Shown: piece after piece, positions 25,128 to 38,134 of the stretch
Layout of the letters: every line of letters starts with the position of its first letter
How positions within the stretch are numbered: position 1 is the first letter of the stretch
Assembly (NCBI GenBank): GCA_009103225.1
Contig: RHPI01000984.1
Span: forward strand, 15,551-79,550
DNA length: 64,000 bases
Origin: Chlorokybus atmophyticus
Taxonomy: Eukaryota > Plantae > Mesostigma and Chlorokybus algae
Direction: 5' to 3'
Program-made: the position numbers and the translations under genes
The notes under the pieces: model-generated
Told to the model about the DNA's origin: nothing
The model's database searches: none
The model's input: the letters and a program-made list of their open reading frames with translations, nothing else

Positions 25128-25831
25128 ATATTGCCGTAGGAGACTTCCACCTGCAAGTGCAGCTCTGGGTAGCAGACATACATTGTAGACAGCATTCAAT
25201 GTGTTATTGTAAATCGGCTGCCATTCAGCTGACATTGCTGGGCTGGCTGGACGGACTTCTGTGAATATTATCAGGACTGCATATATCGGTCTTGTCCTAC
25301 TCAATATCACTTGAACATTCATAGTATCATTAACGGTTGTAAAACAGCAGCTTACCATTGTTCAACTTCATTGCCATTGAATAACGACTCACATGTAGGA
25401 CTTAGTGTGTTGGCTAGATTACTATGAGTATTTAACAAATACATGCGTGCATATGCAATGGTGTAGTACAGTTGCAGCACCACACAATACAGGGTGAATA
25501 TTCAACTCTACTGCAAGTGAAAGTTTTGGGTGACTGTAAGTGGTGGTGTAGTACAGTTGCAGCACTATACCATACAGGTTGAATGTACAGCTCCACTGCA
25601 AGTGAATAAATAAATGCCCCACATATAGGACTAGTGTGCAATCTAATTGCCACAGGGATATTCACCAACAATTACATTGAACAGGCTTTAACACCTTTCA
25701 GACCAAACGGTCTGAATATTCACCTCGACATGCAGGAGCCAGGGAGGCCGCATTCTAGGCTATTCATCCCTGTTTTTGTTGACTATTCAGACCAAACAGT
25801 CTGAAAATTCAGGAATCGGGGGGGCTCAGAA

Positions 25832-26410
25832 TTACCGGTGTGGGTTCAAGACAAGTGCATATTCCAACAGCACCGGCATGGAATTTAAGCGCAGGTGGAT
25901 CAAATGTAGGCCATAACCGAGCAAGTGGACATTACCTGTTGGGATGCATGCGCTAGCGTCGCCTTTCACGCGGAAGCATTTTTGGGATGTGGGGTATGTC
26001 GGACTGCTTGGTGGTGGCAGAAAGCCAGGCTCTACAGGATTGATGATGTCAGACTCGGTGCCGCTTGTGAGCGCCTGCAATGGCGGAGCGGCACTTTTGA
26101 TGTCCTGCAGAAGCCTAGAGATGACTCCCACTAGCAGACCCATGGCGCGGAACAACTCGCAGTTACACGCCAAGTACGCTACACCATCCACCATGCTAGT
26201 CCTAAACAGCTCTGCAAAGTCGCCGCAGCTAATGACGCTGGTGGTGTGCTCAACTATACCCTCCACTGGCAGTCTGCCTACACCAGCCATGGTAAAGCCG
26301 CCGCCGCCGCCAAGAGCTGCTTCACTAACATGCGCTTTGCCGCAAAATGGAGCGGTTGGGGAATTTGAAGGCAATTGTTTGAATTTTCGTGCAACGCGCG
26401 TTGTCCTCAT
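25832..26410 (-). CDS. Hypothetical protein with a CxC motif, divergent from the CACTA transposase
   Basis: 192-codon open frame containing DGVAYLACNCELF. No family recognised. Confidence 0.3.
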   Translation of the reverse strand: MRTTRVARKFKQLPSNSPTAPFCGKAHVSEAALGGGGGFTMAGVGRLPVEGIVEHTTSVISCGDFAELFRTSMVDGVAYLACNCELFRAMGLLVGVISRLLQDIKSAAPPLQALTSGTESDIINPVEPGFLPPPSSPTYPTSQKCFRVKGDASACIPTGNVHLLGYGLHLIHLRLNSMPVLLEYALVLNPHR

Positions 26411-28931
26411 CAGGTCGACTAATATGGAGTCTCCTAACGGACTCGGTAGCGCACGTGACGTTGTACGGGAGGTACAAATCGCCTGCCATGTAGGCGGCGG
26501 CTGATCTGGCCGCGGGCGTAGGAGGTGGCGGCGGCGGTGACTGCCAGTGGTAGAGCGTGTGCGATAGAGTGGCCAGCATGTTCACCAGTCTATCTAAGGC
26601 TACAAGCGTTAACTTCGTGACAGAGCACTCAAGCGGAAGAGGCAAGAGGATGCGCATGTGTCGGGCCATGCAGAGCAGCAGGGAACTACGCAGAGCTCTG
26701 CAAGCATGTCGCAGTCCGAAGTCTTGGGTGGGTTTGAGCCGCATTCTGCCGCAATAGACAGTATGCATGCTGAAACTATGCACCGTGCTGGCTCCAGTCA
26801 TGCACCTGTGTATGCTCTCTGCTGGTGTAGTAAAGGCAAAGGGCTCAGGCAGGTATGATGCATGCTCGCAGCGTTGATGTGTGTGCACTGAGACCACACG
26901 ACTAGAGCATGTCTCACGTAACTCACATGGTGTTGCGTGTTAGCCCATTGATGTGTTGAAGATAGGACGACATCTTCGGCGCGATCAGTTGGCGCAGGAG
27001 ATGGTGCATGGCCAGAACGCGGCTCCACGAATGCAGCAAACAACTGTGCATGTGCGCAACATCCAACAGGAGCACCTGGAACCAGACCAATCAAGAGCAC
27101 GAGGTCCTCAAAGAGTATGTTGACAAGATGCTGGAACTCGTGCGCATCGCGGATGAACGCGCGCTATCGGCTGCATCTATTGATCTATTGACGACGTGTT
27201 AAGGTGGGGTTTTACGGCCCGAACAGCCCTACTGCAATTGCATCCAGAAATCAATGGCGGGATGACGAGCCTGCTGCAAGCAAGGTACCACACAGCTGCT
27301 TTCATGCCTTGGCTGCATTGATTGCGAGTAGATGCGGTTGCCAGCGAATTGCCGGATGGGGCTGTGTACGCTCATTGAAGTCTGCCATGGCAATCCACGT
27401 GACACAACGCTGTATCTTTCAGGTGCCTACGTCAGTGTATCGGCTACACAACCTGTTGAAGCAGAGGGGCATGCCCGTGCCGCTGAAACATCATGCCTGC
27501 GTCAAAGATGGGCACTGGCATCTCTTTGATCCGATGCCACTAGAGCTTGAGCCCACAAACGATGGCATCAACACCCCGAAACGGCAGCGCAGGGAGGCGG
27601 AGATGTAGCTGCTTATGCAGGAGAAGTGCCCAACCTGCAGCGCTGAGCGCGGCAGCACTGTAACCTTTTACTACCTGCCTTTGAAGGACCGCCTGCAGTT
27701 AATGCTGAAGTCGCCCTCTGTGTGCGAGCAGCTGCTGGAGTCCTGGCGCAAACATGGCAACTGGTACTGCAGATCGCAGAGCCATGCACCGGGAGCACAG
27801 AGGGAAGTGTGGGACGGCAAGAAGCTTCTCTCCACTAAAGAGGAGGCGGTTCTCATGGTTCTGGGACCTCAGCCAGCCTATTGTGTTGCCCGTGCTCTGC
27901 ACCTCCTGCAAGCATATGCACATACCGGGACACGACTTCCCAACCGAAGGCCAGCTGTTCTCGGCGGAGTGGGTGTTCAATTGTGTGAACAGTCTATGCC
28001 CAGAACCCAGTAACCGGCAGCTGCGGCGCAGTGGACATGGAAGCCCGCTGAACTTTACGCTCGTTGGTCATTGGGACGGCTTTTCTACTGCCACTACGTC
28101 GAAGCGCAGCACGCTCGCTGTGAGCCTCCAGGTCCTAAATGGTGGTGAGTGTAGCGGCTGGATGCAATGCTGCATCTATAGCTAGCCCGCCTTTGGTCCA
28201 ATTGGTTTGTCTACTTGCAGGCAAGAAGGTGACATGTAAGAACAACTCGTTGCTGCCTATTATGTTCATACTAAAGGATTCTGTCCCCAACGTCCCAGAC
28301 AATTTCGATGCTTTCTTGGAGCCACTGGTGTTGGAGCTAGAGGACCTGTACGCGAATGGCATGCAGGTTGAGCATGGTCTGTCCAACGCGCAAGTGTCAA
28401 CAGCACGGCCTGCCCGAGCAGCGGGTGAAGTATGCCTGGTGAGGGCCATGCTCTTTTTCTAGACAGGCGACCATCCAGCTCTGCGATATGGGCAAGTTTA
28501 CCGGTGCCGGTGCGAGATGCCCTTGCAGGCGTTGCCATGTGGTGGGCAACGAGGAAAAACGCAAAGCTCACCGCAAGAACCGCGTGGAGCAACCAGATCA
28601 CACGTTCACGATTGACTTGGTGGCTTATGACACTACCCGTTACGTGTATTCACTCAATCGTGAGCTGAACCGTCACCCCCCACCTGCCCGGAATGTAGCG
28701 GAGACGCATGAGGTTGCCCTACGCCATGAACCCGACGCTCAGGGATGCGCGCCTGAATGGGCGGTGCGCAAGGAAATTCGATTCAACACAGGCGTCAAGG
28801 GCTACAATCCCCTGTGGCGCTTGTATCACCTGTCTGAGTTCGACCCGATCCTTGACCTGGTGTTCAACACTATGCATAACTTGGTTGAGAACATGGCCAA
28901 GTCGCTGTGCAAGCGCTTGATCGGCTCGAGG

Positions 28932-29573
28932 TGTAACGATGCTCGTGCTCACATACATAGCACACAAGTCATACAACACATGTGTGCAGCTGAGCACAAT
29001 CTTCACACCGGAACCTTGCCTTCACTCGCGCACGCACGCACGCGTCGAGCGCGCCCACGCACACGAACACTACTACTTCTCACGCCAAGCAAGAACGCAG
29101 CAGTGTGCCTTGGACCACAACTCCCTCAAGCATGCTCCAGCATACTCACAGCAGAGAGCAGAAAACAAAGTTGGTTGCATTACACAGGGTTTTTCTATTT
29201 ATACAAGCACTAGGAAGAAATAGCCTAATTAGCAGGCATTTCATTATTCACTACCAAATCTAAAGGCAGGTCCAAGTGCAGGCTCCCCGCCACGCGCGTT
29301 GGGCCTTCGGCGGCTGTGTGACTGTGCAGTCCGCGTCACCTGGCACTGCACAGCGCGTGTCCAGTCAGCGGCTGTGTCACAACCGCGTGGCAGGTGGGTC
29401 ACGTCGCCGAATTAGCTGCTGTCGATCAGGTCGCAGGCGAGTCGCGCGCGGCAGCAGGGGCAGGCGCCACATGGGCTTAATAAAGCTCATAAAAGCCCTC
29501 ATCAAGCCAGCAAAAAAGGCAAAATAAGTACTTTATGTACAATAAAATACAAAAAATGCCCCAGGCTGTGACA
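28932..29573 (-). mobile_element. Solo LTR related to chromovirus family A
   Basis: On the minus strand it runs TGTCACAGCC..GCACGAGCATCGTTACA. It shares TTCACACCGGAACCTTGCC with the reverse complement of the family A LTR. TSD CGAGG/CGGGG matches 4 of 5. Removing it restores the frame KRLIGSRGEAIGG. Confidence 0.85.
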
Positions 29574-31485
29574 CGGGGGGTGAGGCGATAGGTGGATCCA
29601 GTGCAATGGCGGCAGTGGACAGGAAGAGGGTCCATGATCGTCTTGAGGCGTTTCAGAAGTCACTTACCACAGAGCCAAAGGCGGGTCGTTTTCCTCACTG
29701 AATTACATCCGGGCAAGTATTGTGAGGTGTTCTTGCCCAAAAGGGTGGTGGTTTGAAGTAGGTGAGCATGCGCACGAAATGCCTGATGAGCTTGTTACCG
29801 GCACACATGTGTTGATGGTGGCATTCCGTGACTAGTTATGCAACGACTTTGCAAGCTTGGCTGGTGGAAGGCGGAGGAGTACCAGAAGTTCGTGCAGCTG
29901 GTCATCCCGTAAATAACAGACCTGCTCAAACCTGTCGAGCGGGATCTATGCATGATTGTGCATGAGATATTCCGCATGTTCTATCACGTCACGCGGGTCG
30001 AGGGATGAACTAGGGGCCACATGGACTACGTTGATGCTGTGGCACTGGCGAGTCATGTCTGAAAAGTATTTGGGGACGAATAACAAGGCGCTGGAGCACG
30101 CTGCAGCGGCTGGGCACTTGTTGGAGGACATCGTCAGTCATGGCGCGCATGAGATCTACTGGTGCTATGTATACGAGCGCAAAGTACACGAGCACCTGAA
30201 GTTGCACACGAACAAGAAGGAATACGAGTTCACGTACATCCATCACAATGCGCGAGAGTGGTTTGTGTGCATGGTGGAGCAGATAAAGCTGGACCACAGC
30301 ACTGGTCTTCGCGACCAGTGCTGTGGTCCAATTGCTTTCCTGGACAACAAAGGGGTGTTCTACCACATTCTAGCTGTATACTTGACAATAGTCTTACTCA
30401 AGCGAGCGAGCGTTAGCACACATCATGACGCACTACATGCTTTCTACCCTGAAGAAGGTGATTGAAGTGCAGCCCCTCAACCGCAAGGGTTGGTTCCAAG
30501 CGTGCAGCATGGAAGCGGCTCGTGCTCTGTGGCGTGTCATTGAGTTGCATCCGCGCTCCTCTATCGCTAAAGAGGCACGGGATTGCGTTCCCATTGGAGA
30601 GGGTTCAATGATACCGCTGTCCGACAGGGACCACAGTGGAGTAGTCGGCGTGCTGCATTCCATGAACTGCAACAAGCCAGAGACAGCGTTGCAGGTGGCG
30701 ACTCACTTCAGGGCCATCAGCATACGCGGGGTTATTTACAGGGTTGTTAATGTGGGCTGATGCTGCGATTTGCCATGTTAGCCACCATGAATGCAATTGT
30801 GCTCGAGGGTGGCAATCCGCAGTTTCAATTCAATTTTAATGATATGCGTGCGTTTTGCCCAATGCGCAGGAAGTGCATACAACCTGTAATTGCAATGGCA
30901 TATCGTGGGTTTCACGGATGACATGGTGCGTTTGCAGGACACAAGAGGATGTGGTTTTTTGCATCGGCAAACGTGAAGTCGGCATCGCGCAATTGTCCGG
31001 CATCATGGTGCACGAGCATATTGACTGTCGATGCATATTGCGCCTAAGGCCCCATTTTCCACGATGATATGCCGGGAAATGTTGTCGGTGACATGGCAGC
31101 CATCCCTATTGACAAGGACCACACTCCAATGTATGTTCCCGCTCAAGATGTGCTACGCAAGGCAATGCTATTACCGGTGCCTTTTGGGAGTGCGCCGGAT
31201 ACTGCGCCTTGCAAACGACGTGCATCGCAATGCAATGAGGTTGCCATTGTCAGGTGTGGATGCATAGTAGCACGATACCGATTCGGTACCTGATACGTTT
31301 GGGGTTAGGTACGGGTATTAATACGGCATAAATATTTAGCAATACGGCTGATACGCCCATTAAACAGTACATGTTACGCAATGTGCATATCATATGCATA
31401 TCATCTTGCAGCCAATGTAGCAACAACAACTTAACATGTGATCATCAACACAATTCGTATCACACAATGTCTGATACACAACACT

Positions 31486-34400
31486 TTACTGCAACTCCGT
31501 CTCAAAAGCTAGAATGTCATCATCATCCACCTCTGAAGCACTGCTATCGCTATCATCATCTGACTCCTCAAAAGATGCTGGGTCCCATGCGGCAAACTGC
31601 TCCTCATATTCTAGATGACTGATGAGCTCAAGCAAGCGCACGTTACTTAAAACCCAAACCAAATCGCGTGCTCGTGATGGGCGCAGCTTGTTACGCTTCT
31701 TGTTGTGAATGAAGTCGTATGTGCTCCAATTCCGCTCGCATGATGATGCCACAGTGACTTGAGCAAGGACGCGCACCGCAACGCGTTGTAGTTCTGGTGT
31801 ACTGCCTCCAAATTGAAGCCACCACTGATGCGCAGACATGTTGCTGGCGGAAGCCTTAGCTATATCACGTCCAAACAATCCATGACCACTACGATACTGC
31901 GACAGCTGGTGGGCGAGTTGCGCTTGGCTATCTGCAGTAGGCAACAACTTCTCCACAATGTTAAAGAAGCCAGACATGACATCATCGTCCTCATGCTGAT
32001 CCATAAGCCGAAACTCAGGATTCAACACAAACCCAGCACACAATAAATCTGTCTTCATCATCTTCCAACGTGCATCGAAGCGGTCCAGGACTGCTTCCAG
32101 CAACGTCGTTGGTAGCACCGCAGCTTGCAGGGTCTCGCGGGCGCTGCTCATGCGCTGGTACAGCTTGCCTACATGCACACAATGATGTCAACGTTGTGTA
32201 CTTATGCATACACAATTGCAGAATGTGTAATGTACTCACCCGTGGTCGGGTGATTGCCGTCGGTCAGGCGCAGCACTTTGATTAGCGGCTCAAGAGCTGC
32301 AATAATCTGCCCAACTTGCTTCCAGAAATGTGAGGACAAAGCTATCTCTCTAGCTAACTCAGCACCTCGCGGATGTTCGCCGTGCTGTGCTGCCCATGAT
32401 GACCATGCGTCGTCGACCACAGTCTTTGCCAAGTCGGCCTTCACCTCTAGAAGCCGTTGCAGCATGATGAAGGCGGAAGCGAAGCGCGTCTCACCAGGCT
32501 TGAGCAGCGTCTTTGTTGTCTTCGACCTGCACATCAACATGCAACCAAGTAAGTCAAACAAAACACTCAATTACACAAGCAGACGGGCTGCCTCAAGCTA
32601 CATACAACTCACCTGAATATGGCCAGACTCTTGTGATGGTTTGAGATGAAGTTGACAAGGAACTTTCCTTTCTTGATGCTTGTTGCGAAAAAGGGCATCT
32701 TGCCGATGTCTTCAAGCAGCAAGTGTAGGACATGAGCTGCGCAAGGGCTCCAGCTCACATGCTTGTACTGCCTTGTGATGATGGCGCCAGCCGAGACACA
32801 TGCACTGGCACTATCAGTGACGACTTGCACGACAGTTTCTGCACCCACCTGCACAAACAAACACATTAGGAGACGCACATGCAGCCCTAACTTACACACG
32901 CACACACATGCAGCAAAAACACACACGCACACGCATGCAGCAACAACACCAGTGCACACATGCAGCAAAATGCAGCCAGTACACACACACACATGCAGCC
33001 CTAACATACACCCACGTGCAGCAAAATGCAGCCAATGACACACCCCCATGCAGCAACATACACCCACACACGTGCAGCAAAATGCAGCCAATAGACACAC
33101 ACATGCAGCCCTAACATACACATACGCAGGTGCAGAAAAATGCAGCAAAAACACACACACATGCAGCCCTAACATACACATACGCGTGCAGAAAAATGCA
33201 GCAAACACACACACACACATGCACCCCTCTCACACACATACGCGTGCAGAAAAATGCAACAAACACACACACACACATGCAGCCCTAACACACACATACG
33301 CGTGCAGAAAAATGCAGCAAACACACACACACACATGCAGCCCTAACACACACATACGCGTGCAGAAAAATGCAGCAAAAACACACACACACATGCAGCC
33401 CTAACACACGCATACGCGTGCAGAAAAATGCAGCAAACACACACACACACATGCACCCCTAACACACACATACGCGTGCAGAAAAATGCAGCAAACACAC
33501 ACACACACATGCAGCCCTAACACACACATACGCGTGCAGAAAAATGCAGCAAACACACACACACACATGCACCCCTAACATACACATACGCGTGCAGAAA
33601 AATGCAGCAAACACACACACACACATGCACCCCTAACACACACATACGCGTGCAGAAAAATGCAGCAAACACACATACACACATGCACCCCTAACACACA
33701 CATACGCGTGCAGAAAAATGCAGCACACACACACACACACACATGCACCCCTAACACACACATACGCGTGCAGGAAAATGCAGCAAACACACACACACAC
33801 ATGCACCCCTAACACACACATACGCGTGCAGAAAAATGCAGCAAACACACACACACACATGCAGCCCTAACACACGCATACGCGTGCAGAAAAATGCAGC
33901 AAAAACACACACACTAATAGCAAAAACACACGCGCATGCATTAGGACTGGACGGATTAACTCACCAACTCAATGGCGTTGGCAATCTGCCTGGCTATGTA
34001 CGCTGCCGACTTAGTTTCTCCTTCGGTGTTGACGGCGTCCAAGAACACTGCTCCATCAGGCGACACTTGCAACAAATTCCAGCAATGGCCTACTATTCAC
34101 ATCAGTCCATCCATCACTAGTTATTGTACAGCCAGTCTTGCGCACATTGTTCCTGAATTCTATCAGCTTGTCATCAACGTCAGTCTTCACCCTCTTAAGC
34201 AAGGTTGTGCGCAGTGCATTGTATGACGGTATTGTGTAAGAAGGTCCAAATCTAGCAACAGCCCGCATCGCAAACTTGAACAAGGGACTGCGCACTAGAA
34301 CGAAAGGCAGGCCTTGCCCATAAAACATGCGTGCTACAGCCTCATCAGTGCGCACTTTACTGGCACGGTCGAATGCCTGAATGATGCGTGGAGTTTTGGT

Positions 34401-34727
34401 GGTTTCAGTGGTGAGGTCAACGGTGGCACTCTGTTGATTGAAAACATCACCAATGGTGCGCTTTTTCTGTGTTGCTTGCAGGACAGCAACTGAAGCTTCT
34501 TCAACCTTCAAGAAATGAGCACGCACATCTTCTGGTACGGTCATGCATGCAGCCACACCGACACCTATCTTGCCAGTCAGGTGCGCACGAATCCTCGTGA
34601 CACCTCCTTGAAACTTCTTCTTGCAGTAGACACATTCGACCTTGGACTGATTTATTGTCTTGCTGCTTGACTCGCATAACTCTTTGACATGACGCCACTC
34701 ATCTGCTTGTCTCTTGCCCGAGGCCAT
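31486..34727 (-). pseudogene. hAT transposase, 4 exons, with one apparent 1-bp frameshift
   Basis: BED finger (W..CVYC..RIRAHL), TSDGWTD, VVTDSAS, CAAHVLHLLL, PGETRF and C-terminal WW..L..ASSCERNWS. An extra G near 34080 shifts RPLL/NLLQVSPDGAVFL. The intron at 32849-33964 has GT-AG borders. Confidence 0.9.
32860..33915. repeat. About 58-bp CA-rich minisatellite, roughly 16-17 copies, filling a hAT intron
   Basis: Unit GCAGAAAAATGCAGCAAACAC(AC)nATGCA(G/C)CCCTAACACACACATACGCGT. Confidence 0.95.
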
Positions 34728-35605
34728 GTCCTGCAGCAGGACCATTGCCTTGGGCAAAAGACAAGCAGCTAGCAACCGACAACCAACACACCCACACATG
34801 TGAGAGAAGGTTGCATTTGTAACAAGACACGCTAACCTGAAGCGCCTCTCACGCCGCTGACGCCGCCCACGTCTCGCCCCTGCTCCTGCTGCCTGCCCTT
34901 GCCCTGCCGCCGCCGCCGCCAGAACAAAGCAGAGTTGCCGCCAGAACAGACCAGAGGCCTGCTGCACGCGCGAGGGTTTCACAAAAATTTTCTAAGGCAA
35001 AAAACCCTAATAAATACGCCAAATACGCGTACCAAATACTGCTGGCTGTTGGTACGCGTATAATACGGTATCAGAAGTCCTCTGATGCCGTATCGTGCTA
35101 CTATGTGTGGATGGCCCGGTGTATTCGGTCAGTGGTGATGTAGTTGAGCTGCGAGACGGGGACAAAACCAGGTGGGACGAAACGATAAACGATGTTGTGT
35201 ATGCGCGTATCTTAAACACGGACAATGTGCTCAAGGGGGCATTACTTCAGGTGCTGGAGAGTGCGCTGGAGTTCGCACACAGTCTCAAGGACTCCACCGT
35301 GGTGCGGAGCAAGTTCAAATATGCGGCGATGCGGCGCATCATTCGCTGCCGGGAGGTGATCCGAAGTGGAGTGAAGCACTACGTAAGATGACCATCTGGT
35401 TTGCAGCCTCTTTGACTGGCGGACCCACCAGATGTACTTGTAGAGAGAGGTTTTACGTAGCACGAGCTAACCCTTATCATCACTAAATGTTGGCTTGCAT
35501 GTGAGCGTCTCCATGCAACCCAGCTACTCCAACTGCAGTCTTGTCATGTTGTCTCATGTGTGCGCATTCGCATGCAAATACTACCCGTGCAAACGATTGT
35601 GCCAG

Positions 35606-35665
35606 CCCTAACCCTAATCCTAACCCTAACCCTAACCCTAACCCTAGCCCTAACCCTAACCCTAA
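35606..35665. repeat. Interstitial telomere-like (CCCTAA)10 tract
   Basis: 8 perfect units plus TCCTAA and CCCTAG, followed by degenerate units to about 35706. Confidence 0.92.
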
Positions 35666-35989
35666 CTGCCTGCCCCTAGTCCTAGCCTTTACCCTTCCCC
35701 TTAACCACACCGCCAAACCTTTCACAAAGCCCACATTATGATGAAAACCATTATGTGTACATATGCATACAGTGACCCATGCAAATGAGTGACCTGTGCA
35801 AATGCAATGGATCGTCACCTGGAACAAAAGAAAAAGCTAGTTTGAACTCCTTATACAACACGAGGAACATATACTAATTATAATATAACCTTCCAGGATG
35901 GTTAAACAGTCAACTTAAGTTGGGAAGAGAAGTGGAGTATCGTGCTGTTGAAGCAGACTATATTCGTGTATACACAAATTATATGCATA

Positions 35990-36990
35990 CATGTATAGTA
36001 TACACACTACTATAAATGTAGTGTAGGAGAGGAATTGCAATTGTGTATATTAGTGCAGAAGTGTACTACACATGTAACTATAGCGGTACACCATATGCAT
36101 AGTTTAAGTAGGATTATATATATATTAGCCATGTACGTGTGTATATTGCAATATAGCCACACAGGGTAGTGGGGTGTCGAAGTGTAGTAGAGTGTTGTGG
36201 AAGTGGCACTACAGCAGTAGTGTAGTACCTGATAGGTGCAACTAAAGTAGTATACGATTGTGCAAGCATGAACTACTAATAGCCATATATATGTACTACA
36301 CGTAAGTTTATAAGAATGTACACGTGCACCTATATGCACAATATGTACATACAATTGTAGTGGAGTGTTGAAGTGAAGTAGAGTGTTGTAGAGATGGCAC
36401 TATAGCATTGGTGTAGTGGACTTCAATATAGGTACTTATAGCATACAATGTTAAGGAACGTTCACCATTGCAAGTACACTACACAAGTGTGTGTAGTACT
36501 TCAATATATAGGCATTATTTGATTAGCTGATGCTATTGCAAGCACGCGCACAGTAGCAATGCAAGCAGCCACAAGGAGCAGGGGATATGTACTTATAACA
36601 CTACAATGTAAAGGAACGTCCATACTTGTGCACAGTACAATGTCCATACTGTGTACTTGTGCACCAGTACACTATACAAGTGTGTAAAGTGTTGAAGTGT
36701 AGTAGAGTGTTGTAGAGGTGGCACAACCCTCAAAATATTAATGTTGTGTACTTTAATATATGTACTTATAACACTACAATGCAAAGGAACGTTCACAATT
36801 GTGCATAGATCTCTACAGTGTGTATGTTAACATACACCCTCTTTGCACAAGTACATTATAGTGTTGTGAAGTGTTGAAGTGTAGTAGCGTGTTGTAAAAG
36901 TGGCACTATTAAAGTAGTAGAGAAGTGTACTACAAGTGCAACTGGCGTAGTATACACTATAGTAGAAGTGGGAAAGCAAGAGGGTGCAAA
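35990..36990. repeat. AT-rich degenerate repeat region, possibly the CACTA 3' subterminal region
   Basis: Recurrent AAGTGTAGTAGAGTGTTGT..GTGGCAC and AAGGAACGT(T/C)CA blocks. Ends near ..AAAGTAGTG. Confidence 0.5.
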
Positions 36991-38134
36991 GTAGTGTGCT
37001 AGCAGGCCACACGCAAAAAATGTATTAGCCACACAGATTTGGGGCGGCCCAGAGCAGTGCTTAGACCTACCTATACACAGCCCACAACCACCAACCAAGC
37101 CCTCTAGGACAGTGACCTAGACATGCATTGCAGCAGCAGGCAGTAGACATAGCAGGGGAGAGGGAATGTATATCAGCCGGATACCTTGTCGTTACATGGC
37201 AGTATTTAAGAGTGTACATAGCAATGCAATGTAACGTGTATGTGCCATATACAGTGGCAGGCAGTTGGTGGAGTCTGGAAACACACATAACCAAGTACAA
37301 CACACGCATGCCTATGCACTACGCGACACACAGGCCGAAACATGCACACAGCGAACAGCACATGTACACACTGCCAGCACGTGTACAGAGCACGCTGCCA
37401 GCTTGGCAAACCTACGACTCAACCAAACAGCGTCTACTGCTGCCTCTTGCCCAAGCGAGCGATCACAATTTCCCGAGCACGCTCAGGGCTGATGCCTTCG
37501 AAGGACTGCACTAGATCGTCGACTAGAGCGTTCAGTTGGCTCTCGTGCGCTGCCAAAATGGTTGACTGCTCCTCAACATCCGCGGACTCAATGCTTGGGA
37601 CTGCTGTCTCTGGGGGCCCCTTCAAAGCCAGCGGTGGGTGTGTCGGAATCTTCAGCTCTTTCTTCCTTCACCTGCACCGGTGGGTCGCCATGTTCGCTGT
37701 TCATTCCCAGCCTCTTGTTGACGCGCGGGCTCATGTGCATTGCTTTGCGGGCTCTTGCTTTGATGTCCGCTGCTTCGTGTAGTGGCGTAAAGGAGGCTGG
37801 TGGGTTGACACCTGAAGCGGCCACCCTTGCGCTCGCCCTCCGGCATGTCCATTACATCCTCCAGCACGACCTCCAGCATCGCTAAAAAGTCACACGAATT
37901 GCCCAAGTTGTGTTGACACAGTTGCAATGGCTTGCGATTGGCAAATCGCAAGATGAGAGGACTTTCAAACAGTGCTCACCTGGCGTGTTGACCACATGCA
38001 CACCAAACAGGTGCTCCAAGAGGCCTTGATGCACCAGCACTTTGTAGGAGTGGTTTTGTCGCTTGCCACACACTCGGGATTCGCCCACGTGAGTGCCCGC
38101 AGAGCGAACCGCCTCCACGGATGTCGCGGACTCA

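Larger units (their letters stand above)
31263..35105 (-). mobile_element. Complete hAT DNA transposon
   Basis: Perfect 16-bp TIRs CATAGTAGCACGATAC (31263-31278) and GTATCGTGCTACTATG (35090-35105). Perfect 8-bp TSD TGTGGATG (31255-31262 and 35106-35113). ATACG subterminal repeats. Confidence 0.97.
27008..35391 (+). pseudogene. CACTA/EnSpm (Transposase_21-like) transposase, interrupted by a solo LTR and a hAT element
   Basis: Motifs: SVYRLHNLLKQRGM..HHAC, CPTCSAER..YYLPLKDRLQLML..EVWDG, GHWDGF, FDAFLEPLVLELEDL, TGDHPA..CPCRRC, GVKGYNPL..FDPILD..TMHNL, H..EDIVSHG..WCYVYER. Frames rejoin after removing the insertions. Many stops. Confidence 0.88.

Noticed and set aside
32860-33915. Long H/T/Q-rich and C/V-rich ORFs
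   Set aside because: They are translations of a CA-rich intronic minisatellite.
35483-35827. ORFs with (LG)n or (NP)n repeats
   Set aside because: Translations of the CCCTAA tract.
36980-37000. ..AAAGTAGTG as the CACTA right TIR
   Set aside because: No matching CACTAC-initiated left end was found in the window.
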